Positions 8,529-18,199 of a stretch of 45,216 nucleotides of DNA are shown here, piece after piece. Source of the stretch: an uncultured Gammaproteobacteria bacterium (GTDB taxonomy: Bacteria; Patescibacteriota; Microgenomatia; UBA12405); contig CAZEKY010000002.1 of NCBI GenBank assembly GCA_964512875.1, positions 1 to 45,216 on the forward strand, in the 5' to 3' direction. Numbering within the stretch: position 1 is the first letter of the stretch; each line of letters opens with the position of its first letter. The position numbers and the translations under genes were made by a program. A model generated the notes under the pieces. That model worked only from the letters and a program-made list of their open reading frames with translations. It had not been told where the DNA came from and ran no database searches.

Positions 8529-8948
8529 TTATTCTTTAATTAATTTATCAGAGTAAGGATGTTGGTCTCCAACAAAAATTTTTAATCGGGTCATGCGAGG
8601 ATCTCTTAATTTATTTTTAGGTATCATGCCGTAAACTCCGTGTTCGATAACCTTTCGAGGATCTTTTCTCATCATCTCACCTAAGGTTAATTCTTTAAGG
8701 TGACCAGCCCAAGGAGTGTGACGATAATAAATTTTTTGTTTTAATTTTCGTCCAGTAGTAACAATATCCGCAGCATTAGTAACAACAACATAATCGCCAT
8801 CATCTCGGTGATAAGAAAAAGTTACTTTTGACTTACCAATTAGAAGTTGAGCTATTTGACTGCAAAGTCGACCAAGAGTTTGACCCTTAGCATCAATAAA
8901 ATGCCAAGTTCTTTTAATGTCTTTCCCTTTTAACACTGTAGTTTTCAT
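8529..8948 (-). CDS. rplM: 50S ribosomal protein L13
   Basis: 139 aa with WHFIDAKGQTLGRLCSQIAQLL and YYRHTPWAGHLK. Confidence 0.95.
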   Translation of the reverse strand: MKTTVLKGKDIKRTWHFIDAKGQTLGRLCSQIAQLLIGKSKVTFSYHRDDGDYVVVTNAADIVTTGRKLKQKIYYRHTPWAGHLKELTLGEMMRKDPRKVIEHGVYGMIPKNKLRDPRMTRLKIFVGDQHPYSDKLIKE

Positions 8949-9406
8949 TATTTGGTCTCCTTTTTAGCTACTTTAACTTTCTTGATTACTTTTTTAACTG
9001 CAACTTTTTTATCAACTTTAACTTCTTTTTTTTCTGGTAAAAAATTAACAGGTTTAACGAAACTTAGTTTGACAATTAAAGCATCATCTCCAAAGCGTCT
9101 TTTAATTTTTTGAGTAGTGGTAAAATTAGATTTTTGATCGCCAAAAACTGATTTAAAATTAGCAACGACACGATTAACCCAATGTTGGTCTTGCAATACT
9201 TTAAACAACTCTCTTTTAGCAGTTAGTTCTTCTTTGCTAATGATGACATTGGCAAGTTTTTCAACTGATGGAAGAACAGCCTTAACTTTAGCTTCAGTAG
9301 TCTGAATAGATCCATAAGTAAACATTGATTTTACTTGAGATCTAAGCAAAGCTTTCCTCTCGTTAAAGTTTCGATGTAATTTTTTGCCAGCAATACGATG
9401 TCTCAT
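8948..9406 (-). CDS. rplQ: 50S ribosomal protein L17
   Basis: MRHRIAGKKLHRNFNERKALLRS N-terminus, with a Lys-rich C-terminal tail. Confidence 0.93.
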   Translation of the reverse strand: MRHRIAGKKLHRNFNERKALLRSQVKSMFTYGSIQTTEAKVKAVLPSVEKLANVIISKEELTAKRELFKVLQDQHWVNRVVANFKSVFGDQKSNFTTTQKIKRRFGDDALIVKLSFVKPVNFLPEKKEVKVDKKVAVKKVIKKVKVAKKETK

Positions 9407-9409
9407 AGT

Positions 9410-10327
9410 TTATTTCCAAGTGAAGCCTCTTTCTTTTAACCAGGCATCAATAACTTTTAAAGATTTTTCACCAACATTTTTAGCTTTGCTAACATCAAGT
9501 CTGCCAGCCTTAATTAAAGCATCAACAGTAGCGTATCCGGCTTTTTTAAGTGCATTGGTTACTCTTAATGGGAGTTCAATTTCTTCAACAGAAATATCAC
9601 TTCCGTGAGGATTTGGTGAAGCCATAAGAGTAATTACTTCTTCTTCGAATTCTTTAGGGTCAACAATTTGTCCAAAGGAGCTAATGAGATCTTTAGCGGC
9701 TAATTTTAAAGCCATTAAAGGATCAACAGATCCATCAGTCCAAATTTCAAGAGTTAACTTGTCGTAATTAGATTTCTTACCTAAACGAGTAGGTTCAACC
9801 AAATAATTAGTTTTAATAACAGGAGTAAAAGCAGCGTCAAGAATAATTTCACCAACAATATCAGTGCTTTGCTCTTTAGCTAAATTGTAGCCAACTCCCC
9901 TTTCAACAGTTAAAGAAATGCTTAGTGAAGACTTGTTGTCAGCTAAAGTGGCGATTACTTGATCAGGATTAGAAACACGGCAAAGATCAGTGTCAGCAAT
10001 ATCAGCAGCAGTGACAACACCGGCTCCTTTTTTCTCAAGTGTTAAAACGATAGGTTCGTTTTTGGAATAATTAAATTTAATTTTTTTAAGATTTAATGAA
10101 ATTTCTACTAAATCTTCTTTTACACCTGGTAGAGTAGTAAAAAGATGATTGGCACCATCAACACGAATACGAGTAATAGCTGCGCCTGGGATAGTAATTA
10201 ATAGTACTCGGCGAAGAGCATTACCAAGAGTGTGACCAAAGCCACCAACTAATGGACTAAGTTCGAATTTACCATAATTTGCTTCTGCTTTTATGGTTTT
10301 GATATTAAATTTATTTGTTTCGATCAT
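9410..10327 (-). CDS. rpoA: DNA-directed RNA polymerase subunit alpha
   Basis: 305 aa with LGNALRRVLL in the N-terminal domain and the C-terminal HhH segment IELPLRVTNALKKAGYATV. Confidence 0.95.
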   Translation of the reverse strand: MIETNKFNIKTIKAEANYGKFELSPLVGGFGHTLGNALRRVLLITIPGAAITRIRVDGANHLFTTLPGVKEDLVEISLNLKKIKFNYSKNEPIVLTLEKKGAGVVTAADIADTDLCRVSNPDQVIATLADNKSSLSISLTVERGVGYNLAKEQSTDIVGEIILDAAFTPVIKTNYLVEPTRLGKKSNYDKLTLEIWTDGSVDPLMALKLAAKDLISSFGQIVDPKEFEEEVITLMASPNPHGSDISVEEIELPLRVTNALKKAGYATVDALIKAGRLDVSKAKNVGEKSLKVIDAWLKERGFTWK

Positions 10328-10341
10328 ATAGCTCCTTTTTA

Positions 10342-10974
10342 TTATCTTGAATAATATTCAATTATTAAATTGACATCAATGTCATTGGTAAGTTCCTCTC
10401 TGATAGGAGAAGAAATAACTTTGACAGTAAAGTTCTTTTTGTTTAAATCAAGCCATTGTGGGGCCTTGAAGTCGCTCTCAGCAGCGGGAATTGCATCTTG
10501 ATATTGAGAGATAGTCTTTTTATCAAAAGTAATTAAGTCCCCAATTTTACACTGATAAGAAGGAATATCTAGTTTTTTCCCATTAACCTGAACATGTCCA
10601 TGGCTAATTAATTGTTTTGATAAAGAACGTGACAAGGTTAAACCAGCCACAAAAACAACATTGTCTAGTCTTTGCTCAAGTAAAATCATCAAGTTATCAC
10701 CCACCAAACCTTTGGTACTTTTTGCTTTTAGATAGTAATTTTTGAATTGAGTTTCTTGAACCGCATAGATTCTTTTGGCTTTTTGTTTTGCTCGAAGCTG
10801 AATACCATAATCAGTAGGTTTAGAGCCACCTTTGGCACCATGCATACCTGGCTTAACAGCACCTTTTCTCTCAATTGGACACTTAGAAGAGTTACAACGA
10901 AGACCTTTTAAATATAATTTGGAACCAGCAGCTCGACAAAGTCGACATTTGGCGTTTAAAGTTATTCTTGACAT
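10342..10974 (-). CDS. rpsD: 30S ribosomal protein S4
   Basis: N-terminal Cys cluster CRLCRAAG...CNSSKCP and the S4 domain LEQRLDNVVF. Confidence 0.95.
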   Translation of the reverse strand: MSRITLNAKCRLCRAAGSKLYLKGLRCNSSKCPIERKGAVKPGMHGAKGGSKPTDYGIQLRAKQKAKRIYAVQETQFKNYYLKAKSTKGLVGDNLMILLEQRLDNVVFVAGLTLSRSLSKQLISHGHVQVNGKKLDIPSYQCKIGDLITFDKKTISQYQDAIPAAESDFKAPQWLDLNKKNFTVKVISSPIREELTNDIDVNLIIEYYSR

Positions 10975-10984
10975 ATTTTTTTAA

Positions 10985-11392
10985 TTAAACTCTTCTTTGC
11001 TTTGGAGGTCTTGGACCATTATGAGGAATGGGGGTAACATCAGAAATCATTTCGACATCAAAATCTCTTTTGCTTCGAAGAAATCTGAGAGCGGCATCTC
11101 TGCCTGATCCTGGACCCTTTAAGTAAACTGCTAATTTTTTAACTCCATGTTTTTTAGCTTCTTCTAGTGTTTTTTCAATAGCAGTGGTAGCAGCAAAAGG
11201 GGTTGATTTTCTGGCACCCTTAAAACCACAATCACCAGCACTTGACCATGCAAGAGCCTTTCCTTTATTATCAGTCACAGTAACAATAGTGTTATTAAAA
11301 GTTGACTGAATGTAAAGTCTACCTTCAGCAATGTTTTTAAAAGTTTTCTTTTTAGTAGTGGTTGAGGTTGTTTTAGTATTTTTTTCTTCCAT
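10985..11392 (-). CDS. rpsK: 30S ribosomal protein S11
   Basis: Contains [15 protein letters not shown] and [13 protein letters not shown], with a Thr/Lys-rich N-terminal extension. Confidence 0.95.
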   Translation of the reverse strand: MEEKNTKTTSTTTKKKTFKNIAEGRLYIQSTFNNTIVTVTDNKGKALAWSSAGDCGFKGARKSTPFAATTAIEKTLEEAKKHGVKKLAVYLKGPGSGRDAALRFLRSKRDFDVEMISDVTPIPHNGPRPPKQRRV

Positions 11393-11403
11393 TTTTAGAT
11401 TAA

Positions 11404-11823
11404 TTATTTATTTGAACTAATACTGGCCGCTTTTTGTTGAGTTTCAATTTTTGCCCAAGCTTCTTTGGTTAACGAACCAACTGTCTTTTTCTTACCCTTA
11501 CGAGTACGAGAATTTGTTTTGGTTCTTTGTCCACGAACAGGCAAACTAACGATGTGACGAATACCCCGATAAGACTTAATTGCTTTCAGTCTGTCGATAT
11601 TTTCACGAATTTCTTTTTTCAAGTCACCTTCAACCTTAAAAGTTTCAAGGGCCTTCATTAAATTAGAAACGTCATCACGAGACAAGTCTTTTATCCTAGT
11701 ATTTAAATCAATATTAGCTTTTTTGGCTAACTGTTTAACATTAGTTCTACCAATACCAAAAAAACGAGTTAAACCAATTTCTGCTCTTTCATTATCTGGA
11801 ATTTCGACACCAACAATTCTCAT
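11404..11823 (-). CDS. rpsM: 30S ribosomal protein S13
   Basis: [29 protein letters not shown] and YRGIRH. Confidence 0.95.
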   Translation of the reverse strand: MRIVGVEIPDNERAEIGLTRFFGIGRTNVKQLAKKANIDLNTRIKDLSRDDVSNLMKALETFKVEGDLKKEIRENIDRLKAIKSYRGIRHIVSLPVRGQRTKTNSRTRKGKKKTVGSLTKEAWAKIETQQKAASISSNK

Positions 11824-11831
11824 ATTTTTAT

Positions 11832-11945
11832 TTAACCTTGTTTCTGGTTATGTCTTTTTGTAGAACAAATAACACGTCGAACTCCGCGGCGGAGAACAAT
11901 TTTACAATTTTTACATCGACGTTTAATACTAGATTTTACTTTCAT
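11832..11945 (-). CDS. rpmJ: 50S ribosomal protein L36
   Basis: Not in the ORF track (37 aa). Reverse translation gives [37 protein letters not shown], with the CxxC...C...H zinc motif. Confidence 0.92.
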   Translation of the reverse strand: MKVKSSIKRRCKNCKIVLRRGVRRVICSTKRHNQKQG

Positions 11946-11960
11946 ATTAGGAACTTGGAT

Positions 11961-11989
11961 ATTGTACCTTAAAAAAGGATCAATATCAA
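11961..11989 (-). promoter_or_regulatory. Putative internal promoter upstream of rpmJ (TTGATA-17-TACAAT)
   Basis: On the minus strand the -35 is at 11989..11984 and the -10 at 11966..11961, in the 58-nt infA-rpmJ gap. Confidence 0.4.
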
Positions 11990-12003
11990 AGAGTAAATTT
12001 AAT

Positions 12004-12207
12004 TTATATTCGGTAGACGATTCTACCTTTTTCTCCCTCTGGACTAAGTACTAAAGAAACATGATCCCCAGCCATAACCCGAATGTGATGCATTCGAAGT
12101 TTACCAGCCAAATGACCAATAATTTCATTACCGTTTTCCAGTTTAACTCGAAATAAGGAATTAGGCAAGATTTCGGTAACTTGTCCTCTTACAGTTTCAT
12201 CTTTCAT
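12004..12207 (-). CDS. infA: Translation initiation factor IF-1
   Basis: 67 aa S1-like OB fold: [31 protein letters not shown]...I.V..GD.V. Confidence 0.93.
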   Translation of the reverse strand: MKDETVRGQVTEILPNSLFRVKLENGNEIIGHLAGKLRMHHIRVMAGDHVSLVLSPEGEKGRIVYRI

Positions 12208-12800
12208 TAAGAATTACTTTTTAATAAACTATTAATTTTTTGAGTGATATCTTTAAAAATTGCTTCAATTGATCGACTTCCATCAGTACGGAATAATAAC
12301 TTTTTTGAATCGAAATAATCCATAATTAAAGAATTGTTGTCATTATAAAACTGTTGCCTTGAAGCAATTGCTTGAGGGGTCGAATCAGTTCTTTTTTTAT
12401 CTTGGAAATTAATACCCATTTTATCACGACGTAACTGAATTTCTTCAAAGGTAACATCCAGGTGAATAATTAAATCCAAAGGCTGACCATTATCTGTTAA
12501 ATATTTTTCTACAAATTGACCCTGAGTCAGAGTTCTAGGGAAACCGTCAATAATAAAATTTTGATGATTAATCTTGGGTAAAAATTTACTAATAACTTCG
12601 TAAGTTAATTGCTCTGGAACTAGTTGACCTTGATCAAGGTAAGTTTTAGCTTCAAGACCTTGTGATGATCCTTGTGAAATCTCGTCTCTTAAAAGTTGAC
12701 CCATCGATAAGTGAGTTAGTTGATATTTTTCAGCAATGAGTTTTGCTTGAGTAGATTTTCCGCAACCTGAAGGACCAATTATAAAAAGATTTAATGACAT
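12207..12800 (-). CDS. adk: Adenylate kinase (short LID, no zinc)
   Basis: P-loop IIGPSGCGKSTQAK and FIIDGFPRT. Confidence 0.9.
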   Translation of the reverse strand: MSLNLFIIGPSGCGKSTQAKLIAEKYQLTHLSMGQLLRDEISQGSSQGLEAKTYLDQGQLVPEQLTYEVISKFLPKINHQNFIIDGFPRTLTQGQFVEKYLTDNGQPLDLIIHLDVTFEEIQLRRDKMGINFQDKKRTDSTPQAIASRQQFYNDNNSLIMDYFDSKKLLFRTDGSRSIEAIFKDITQKINSLLKSNS

Positions 12801-12803
12801 TTT

Positions 12804-14084
12804 TTAATAAGAAAGTTTTTCGTAATTTTGGGCCTGAACGACATTTTCTAATTTTCTTGTTAATTCAATAATAACAGAGACAACGATTAAAATACTAGTT
12901 CCACCAACTGTTAAGGTGGTAATCCCGGTAATTTTTTGAACAATTGACGGAGCTACGGCTATAAGACCCAAAAAAAGTGATCCGATTACTATTACTCGAT
13001 TAATTAAGTACTGAAGTCTTTTTTCAGTAGAAATACCAGGTCGAATTCCAGGAATAAAACCTCCTGATTTTCTTAATTCATCAGCAATATCTTTTGGCTT
13101 AAAAATAACAGAAGTATAAAAGAAAGTGAAACCCATAACTAAGAAAAAGTAAAAAATCATGTAGGGATATCCATCGGTGGCAAAAAAGCTTCCAATTGCA
13201 TTAGCGATTGAAGAAACTACTTGGTTGGGAACTTTACCTAAAAATTGACCGATTAAAGAAGGAAAGGTAGCTAATGATACAGCGAAGATAATAGGCATAA
13301 CTCCAGCAGTGTTTACTTTAATGGGAAGATAGGTGCTTTGACCTCTTTTGGCATAATTAATTGGAACTTTTAAAATTGCCTCCTCTACTAGTACGATGCA
13401 AAATACAAGAACAATAACTAAAGCAAATAAAATAAGGATATTGAGTAAGTTTTGAGAATTTGAAAAATCAGTCACACTAAGGGTTTGAACAAATTGCACA
13501 GGTAAACGACAAACGATACCGGCAAAAATTAACATAGAAATCCCGTTCCCCACTCCATATAAATTTATTAGTTCTCCAAGAAAGATCATGATCATGGTAC
13601 CAGCCAACATACTGCAAATTATGGCAACAATCGTTAACGGGCTAATCTGAGTAATAATATTTTGTGTTTTTAGAATAGTTAACATGCCAATACTATTTAC
13701 AATGGCAAAGGGGATGGTGGCGATACGGATATATTGATTAATTTTGGCACGACCATACTCGCCTTCTTTTTGAAGTTCCTCAACACGAGGAACCACCAAG
13801 GCCAATAATTGCATCATAACTGAAGCATTAATGTAGGGAGTTAAACCTAAAGCAGCAATAGAAAAATTTACCAAAGTACCACCAGAAAAAATATCTAATA
13901 AGGACAATAGCTGATTTTGAGCAAAAAATTGCTTAAGCAAAGTTAAATTAACGCCCGGAACAGGGATATGGGCAATAAAACGAAAAAAAATTAAAATCAA
14001 AAGAGTGATAGTAAATTTTTTCCTAAATATTGGAGTTTTTAACCCCTCGACGTAGAGAAGAAGTGATTTAGCTATCAAATTCAT
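12804..14084 (-). CDS. secY: Preprotein translocase subunit SecY
   Basis: 426 aa, 10-TM profile, positioned between rplO and adk, with the GIRPGISTEKRL motif. Confidence 0.95.
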   Translation of the reverse strand: MNLIAKSLLLYVEGLKTPIFRKKFTITLLILIFFRFIAHIPVPGVNLTLLKQFFAQNQLLSLLDIFSGGTLVNFSIAALGLTPYINASVMMQLLALVVPRVEELQKEGEYGRAKINQYIRIATIPFAIVNSIGMLTILKTQNIITQISPLTIVAIICSMLAGTMIMIFLGELINLYGVGNGISMLIFAGIVCRLPVQFVQTLSVTDFSNSQNLLNILILFALVIVLVFCIVLVEEAILKVPINYAKRGQSTYLPIKVNTAGVMPIIFAVSLATFPSLIGQFLGKVPNQVVSSIANAIGSFFATDGYPYMIFYFFLVMGFTFFYTSVIFKPKDIADELRKSGGFIPGIRPGISTEKRLQYLINRVIVIGSLFLGLIAVAPSIVQKITGITTLTVGGTSILIVVSVIIELTRKLENVVQAQNYEKLSY

Positions 14085-14530
14085 TACTCTATATTACCAC
14101 CAGCTGCAATAATTTTACTCTTAGCAACTTTAGAAATTAGAAGACCTTTAAAAGTTAAAGCTTTGGTAATTTCACCAGTAGCCAATACTTTGAAAGTATA
14201 ACTAAAACTATTTGAAGTTCTGGTTTTTTTAGACAAAGAAGCCGCATCAACGACATCTTTAACCTTAAACCATTTTTCAATTTGGGTTAAATTTACGGAA
14301 ATAACATTTTTATTATTTTGAAGTCGATGTTTACCTCTTAAGAAAGGAAGTCTTTTAATCCATGATTTTTTATGCTTAGTACCAGCAAAAGCTAAGCCAG
14401 TTTTAGTACGAGCATTGTGACCTTTTGTGCCTCTACCAACAGTGTGACCACCATTTCCAGAACCAATACCTCGACCAATTCTTCGGGAAGATTTACTAGT
14501 GATTTTGACTAATTTGTTTAAAATATCCAT
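14084..14530 (-). CDS. rplO: 50S ribosomal protein L15
   Basis: GRGIGSGNGGHTVGRGTKGHNAR. Confidence 0.95.
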   Translation of the reverse strand: MDILNKLVKITSKSSRRIGRGIGSGNGGHTVGRGTKGHNARTKTGLAFAGTKHKKSWIKRLPFLRGKHRLQNNKNVISVNLTQIEKWFKVKDVVDAASLSKKTRTSNSFSYTFKVLATGEITKALTFKGLLISKVAKSKIIAAGGNIE

Positions 14531-14532
14531 AG

Positions 14533-15000
14533 TTATTTTTTAAGTGTTTCAAGAGCTTTTAGGGTAGCCCAAACATTTAACGATTTGTTTTTTGAACCAA
14601 CGATCTTACTAACGATATCTTGAATACCTGCTAATTCAACCACGGATCTAACGGGACCTCCAGCAATAAGACCACTTCCTTTTTTACCTGGTCTAATCAT
14701 AACAATCGCCCCTTTAAATTTTAAAGTGACTGATCCAGAAATAGTACCATCAACAATTGGAATAGTGATTAAACTTTTTTGAGCTTTAGAAATACCTTTT
14801 TGAATAGCATCAGCCACGCTTTTAGCTTTTCCTAAAGCCACTCCAACTCGGTTTTTCTTGTCACCAGAAACCACTAAAGCAGTAAAGTGAATTTGATTTC
14901 CACCTTTGGTTTTTTTAGATACTCTTTTAATTTGAACGACCTTATCAGTAAATTCACTGACTGGTCTTTCGTATTTTTGATATTTTTGATTATTATCCAT
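14533..15000 (-). CDS. rpsE: 30S ribosomal protein S5
   Basis: VVQIKRVSKKTKGGNQIHFTALVVSGD and GVALGKAKSVADAIQKG. Its stop is 2 nt from the rplO start, so no rpmD lies between them. Confidence 0.95.
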   Translation of the reverse strand: MDNNQKYQKYERPVSEFTDKVVQIKRVSKKTKGGNQIHFTALVVSGDKKNRVGVALGKAKSVADAIQKGISKAQKSLITIPIVDGTISGSVTLKFKGAIVMIRPGKKGSGLIAGGPVRSVVELAGIQDIVSKIVGSKNKSLNVWATLKALETLKK

Positions 15001-15003
15001 ATA

Positions 15004-15348
15004 TTAAAAGTTTAAACCTTTAGAACGGGCTCCTTCAGCCAGTGCTTTAACGCGTCCGTGATAACGATATAGGCCGCGATCAAATCTAACTTTGATAATC
15101 TTTTTTTCTTGAGCCAAAATGGCAATTTGTTCTCCAACATTAAAGGCTTTTTCGGTTTTAGTTCCTTTATCTAATTTAAGAGATTTGCTTGAAGCTGAAA
15201 CTAAGGTTCGACCATGTTTATCGTCAATAATTTGAGCCCAAAGATGCTGATTGCTTCTAAAAACAGTTAGTCTTGGAACACCCAAATTTAGAGCTAATTT
15301 AGATCTTACTCGATTTTGTCTGCGTTGTTTTGAATTTTGAATAATCAT
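15004..15348 (-). CDS. rplR: 50S ribosomal protein L18
   Basis: RRQNRVRSKL, PRLTVFRSNQHLWAQIIDD and YHGRVKALAEGAR. Confidence 0.95.
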   Translation of the reverse strand: MIIQNSKQRRQNRVRSKLALNLGVPRLTVFRSNQHLWAQIIDDKHGRTLVSASSKSLKLDKGTKTEKAFNVGEQIAILAQEKKIIKVRFDRGLYRYHGRVKALAEGARSKGLNF

Positions 15349-15357
15349 GTTATTTTT

Positions 15358-15897
15358 TTAGGCTTTAGCTTTTTTACCGACTTTTAACTTAATAACTTCA
15401 TCAACATATCTAATCCCTTTACCTTTGTAAGGTTCTGGTTTTCTTACCTTGCGAATATTACTGGCAACTTGTCCAACAGTAGTTTTATCACAACCAGAAA
15501 TAATAATTTTAGTTTCTTCAGGAATTTGAAAAGTTACACCAACTGGCGCTTCAATATCGACAGGGTGAATATAACCAACATTTAGTCTAACTTTATTACC
15601 CATTAATACGGCTTTATAACCAGTACCTTTAATCTCCATTTCTTTGGTCCAAGGAGTAACAACTCCGGTAATCATGTTGTTAAGATGAGCCCTAACAGTA
15701 CCATGATTGGAACGAGTTTTTTTGTCTTCTGATAATCGAGAAACAAAAAGTTGGTTTTCTTTAATTTCAACATTAATTTTTAAAGGAAGATTTAATTTAA
15801 GCTCCCCTTTTGGTCCAGTAACAGTAACAATGTTGCCAGTAATGACAACTTTGACTTCTGCTGGAATATTGATTAGTTGTTTTCCTATTCTAGACAT
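15358..15897 (-). CDS. rplF: 50S ribosomal protein L6
   Basis: MSRIGKQLINIPAEVKV..GPKGEL and PEPYKGKGIRY. Confidence 0.95.
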   Translation of the reverse strand: MSRIGKQLINIPAEVKVVITGNIVTVTGPKGELKLNLPLKINVEIKENQLFVSRLSEDKKTRSNHGTVRAHLNNMITGVVTPWTKEMEIKGTGYKAVLMGNKVRLNVGYIHPVDIEAPVGVTFQIPEETKIIISGCDKTTVGQVASNIRKVRKPEPYKGKGIRYVDEVIKLKVGKKAKA

Positions 15898-15903
15898 AGT
15901 GAT

Positions 15904-16293
15904 TTACCAAATTTCGGCAACAATTTCTCCACCAAAACCTTGCTTTTTAGCCTCTTTTTGAGACATAACCCCGCTAGAGGTGGATACAATAATTAATGAT
16001 TTAGGATTTTTGCCCCAAGGAAGTGACGAGTTTTTTTCATATACTCGACGTCCTGGTTTTGAAAAAATATAAGCCTCGTGAAGACGTGGCTGGTTATTTT
16101 CATAAGCCAAAGTAATAGTCATGTCTTTTTTGATGTCACCTTCAACAGCAAAATCGGCAATATAGCCATATCTTTTAAGAAGTTGAGCGATAGCAACACG
16201 GTAGTTAGAAGCAGGCGAAGAAATAGTCTTTCTGCCAGCCTGGTAGCCATTTTTAATTCTTATTATAAAATCGATTGAGGTTGATTGATGCAT
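15904..16293 (-). CDS. rpsH: 30S ribosomal protein S8
   Basis: IDFIIRIKNGYQAG and the C-terminal GGEIVAEIW. The track start 16308 is a TTG overlapping rpsN, so ATG 16293 is preferred. Confidence 0.93.
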   Translation of the reverse strand: MHQSTSIDFIIRIKNGYQAGRKTISSPASNYRVAIAQLLKRYGYIADFAVEGDIKKDMTITLAYENNQPRLHEAYIFSKPGRRVYEKNSSLPWGKNPKSLIIVSTSSGVMSQKEAKKQGFGGEIVAEIW

Positions 16294-16301
16294 ATTTTTA
16301 T

Positions 16302-16487
16302 TTACCAACTAGCTTTTCTAACGCCAGGAAGCATGCCTTTGCTAGCCAATTGACGGAAACAAAGTCGGCAGATGCCGAATAAACGAATATAACCATGTGC
16401 ACGACCGCAAATTTTACATCGATTATGATGTCGACAACTATATTTTAATTTTTTGTCTTCTCTGACAATTTTTGCAGTAGTAGCCAT
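16302..16487 (-). CDS. rpsN: 30S ribosomal protein S14, type Z (zinc form)
   Basis: 61 aa with CKICGRAHG...CRLCFR and the C-terminal W. Confidence 0.93.
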   Translation of the reverse strand: MATTAKIVREDKKLKYSCRHHNRCKICGRAHGYIRLFGICRLCFRQLASKGMLPGVRKASW

Positions 16488-16491
16488 ATTT

Positions 16492-17034
16492 TTATTTTAT
16501 TTTTTCAAAAGGAAAGCCTAGGGCTGATAATAACATTTTTGCTTCTTCTTTTGAAGAGGCATTAATATTTAAAGTTATTTGAACAGGTCTAATTTTATTA
16601 ATTTTATCTAAATTAATTTCTGGGAAAAAGGTTTGATCTTTAATGGTCAAGTTATAATTTCCTTCAGAGTCAAAAGCACTATCTGGTAAACCTTTAAAAT
16701 CACGAAGACGAGGTAAGACTAAGTTAAAAAGCTTATCAACAAAATTATACATTCTGATTCCTCGAAGAGTGGTTTTTAAAGCTAAAGGATCATTTTCTCT
16801 GAGCTTAAAAGCAGCAATAGCTTTTTTAGCCCTACAAAGCTTAGGTTTTTGACCAGTAATAGCAACTAACTCTTCAGTGGCAGCAGCAAGAGATTCTTGA
16901 CTTTCTCGAGCATCAGAAACACGATAGTTAATAACAACCTTTTTAAGTTTTGGTAAAGAAAAAACATTGCGACCCTTACCTAAGGATTTAATGAGATTTT
17001 CTTTAACGGTAGTTTCAATAATTTCGTTTAACAT
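16492..17034 (-). CDS. rplE: 50S ribosomal protein L5
   Basis: 180 aa with [21 protein letters not shown] and LPRLRDFKG. Confidence 0.95.
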   Translation of the reverse strand: MLNEIIETTVKENLIKSLGKGRNVFSLPKLKKVVINYRVSDARESQESLAAATEELVAITGQKPKLCRAKKAIAAFKLRENDPLALKTTLRGIRMYNFVDKLFNLVLPRLRDFKGLPDSAFDSEGNYNLTIKDQTFFPEINLDKINKIRPVQITLNINASSKEEAKMLLSALGFPFEKIK

Positions 17035-17036
17035 AG

Positions 17037-17363
17037 TTATTTTTTAATGAGAGGAGAGTTTAACATTGACTTGCATTTTCGACAAATTCTAGATTTTTCT
17101 CCAGATTTATCAATTTGGTAAGCAACTCTAACGGCTTTTTTGCAAGATGGACAAATTAAGGCAACTTTTGAAACAGTCATAGCTCTTTCTCTTTCGACAA
17201 TAGAACCGGGCTTCCCCTGACTAGGCTTAATATGTTTTTTGTAGATATTCATGCCTTTGACCACAATCTGACTTTTCTTAGGTATGGATTTAACCACTAA
17301 GCCCTCACGACCCTTATCCTTTCCGATTAATATTTTGACAGTATCACCTTTTAAAATTTTCAT
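17037..17363 (-). CDS. rplX: 50S ribosomal protein L24 with Cys4 C-terminal segment
   Basis: KOW motif MKILKGDTVKILIGKDKGREGLV. ATG 17363 is preferred over the track start 17393, which overlaps rplN. The C-terminus carries CPSC...CRKC. Confidence 0.92.
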   Translation of the reverse strand: MKILKGDTVKILIGKDKGREGLVVKSIPKKSQIVVKGMNIYKKHIKPSQGKPGSIVERERAMTVSKVALICPSCKKAVRVAYQIDKSGEKSRICRKCKSMLNSPLIKK

Positions 17364-17364
17364 A

Positions 17365-17733
17365 TTAGTAAACCTCCTGAGCCATGGAAGCAATTTTATT
17401 GAATCCTAAATCTTTAATTTCACGAGCGATTGGTCCAAAAATTCTGGTACCTCGAGGATTGTTTTGAGAATCTATGACAACACCAGCATTATCACTAAAA
17501 CGAATGTAAGAACCATCGGCTCGGCCAAATTCTTTTCGAGTACGAACAACAACCATTTTTACTTTTTCTTTTTTCTTGACTAAGCCGTTTGGAATAGCCT
17601 CCATGACAACAGCCATAACAGTGTCACCAATAGTTCCTTTTTTATGAAAATGACCTTTGTAGACATGAATAACCTGAAGCTTTTTTGCTCCACAGTTATC
17701 TGCTGGTTTAATAATACTTCTAAGTTGAATCAT
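17365..17733 (-). CDS. rplN: 50S ribosomal protein L14
   Basis: [24 protein letters not shown]. Confidence 0.96.
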   Translation of the reverse strand: MIQLRSIIKPADNCGAKKLQVIHVYKGHFHKKGTIGDTVMAVVMEAIPNGLVKKKEKVKMVVVRTRKEFGRADGSYIRFSDNAGVVIDSQNNPRGTRIFGPIAREIKDLGFNKIASMAQEVY

Positions 17734-17737
17734 AATT

Positions 17738-17995
17738 TTAAGCCTTTTTAATAATGGCTAAGGTAGTAAACCTTTTTAGTTTACTTAAAGGTCGAGTTTC
17801 TCGAACTTTTACAATATCATCAATTTTAGCTGATAAATTGTTTTCAGCATAAATATTTTTATGCTTTTTAATTATTTTTTTATAAAGTGGATGTCGACGA
17901 GTATATTCAAGAGAGATCACAATAGTGTTGGTCATTTTATCTGAAATGACGCGACCCTCAAATGTTTTTCCACTACTATTATTTTTCTTGATCAT
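17738..17995 (-). CDS. rpsQ: 30S ribosomal protein S17
   Basis: [27 protein letters not shown]. Confidence 0.94.
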   Translation of the reverse strand: MIKKNNSSGKTFEGRVISDKMTNTIVISLEYTRRHPLYKKIIKKHKNIYAENNLSAKIDDIVKVRETRPLSKLKRFTTLAIIKKA

Positions 17996-18188
17996 TTTTC
18001 TTTTCTTGAATAAGAGTTGAGATTAAAGCAATCTCGTATTTAATTTTTGAGAAGACTGAAGTGTCTTGCTGATTGCCTGTGGCTGCTTTAGCCTTGGCTT
18101 CAATAAATTTTTTACGTAGATCCAAGAGATTTTTTAAAAGCTCTTCGATACTCTTTTGTCTGTAGGAAATTTTATCAGTTTTTTTCAT
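17979..18188 (-). CDS. rpmC: 50S ribosomal protein L29
   Basis: 69 aa helical hairpin, in the position between rplP and rpsQ. Confidence 0.88.
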   Translation of the reverse strand: MKKTDKISYRQKSIEELLKNLLDLRKKFIEAKAKAATGNQQDTSVFSKIKYEIALISTLIQEKKNDQEK

Positions 18189-18199
18189 AAAAGCTACCC

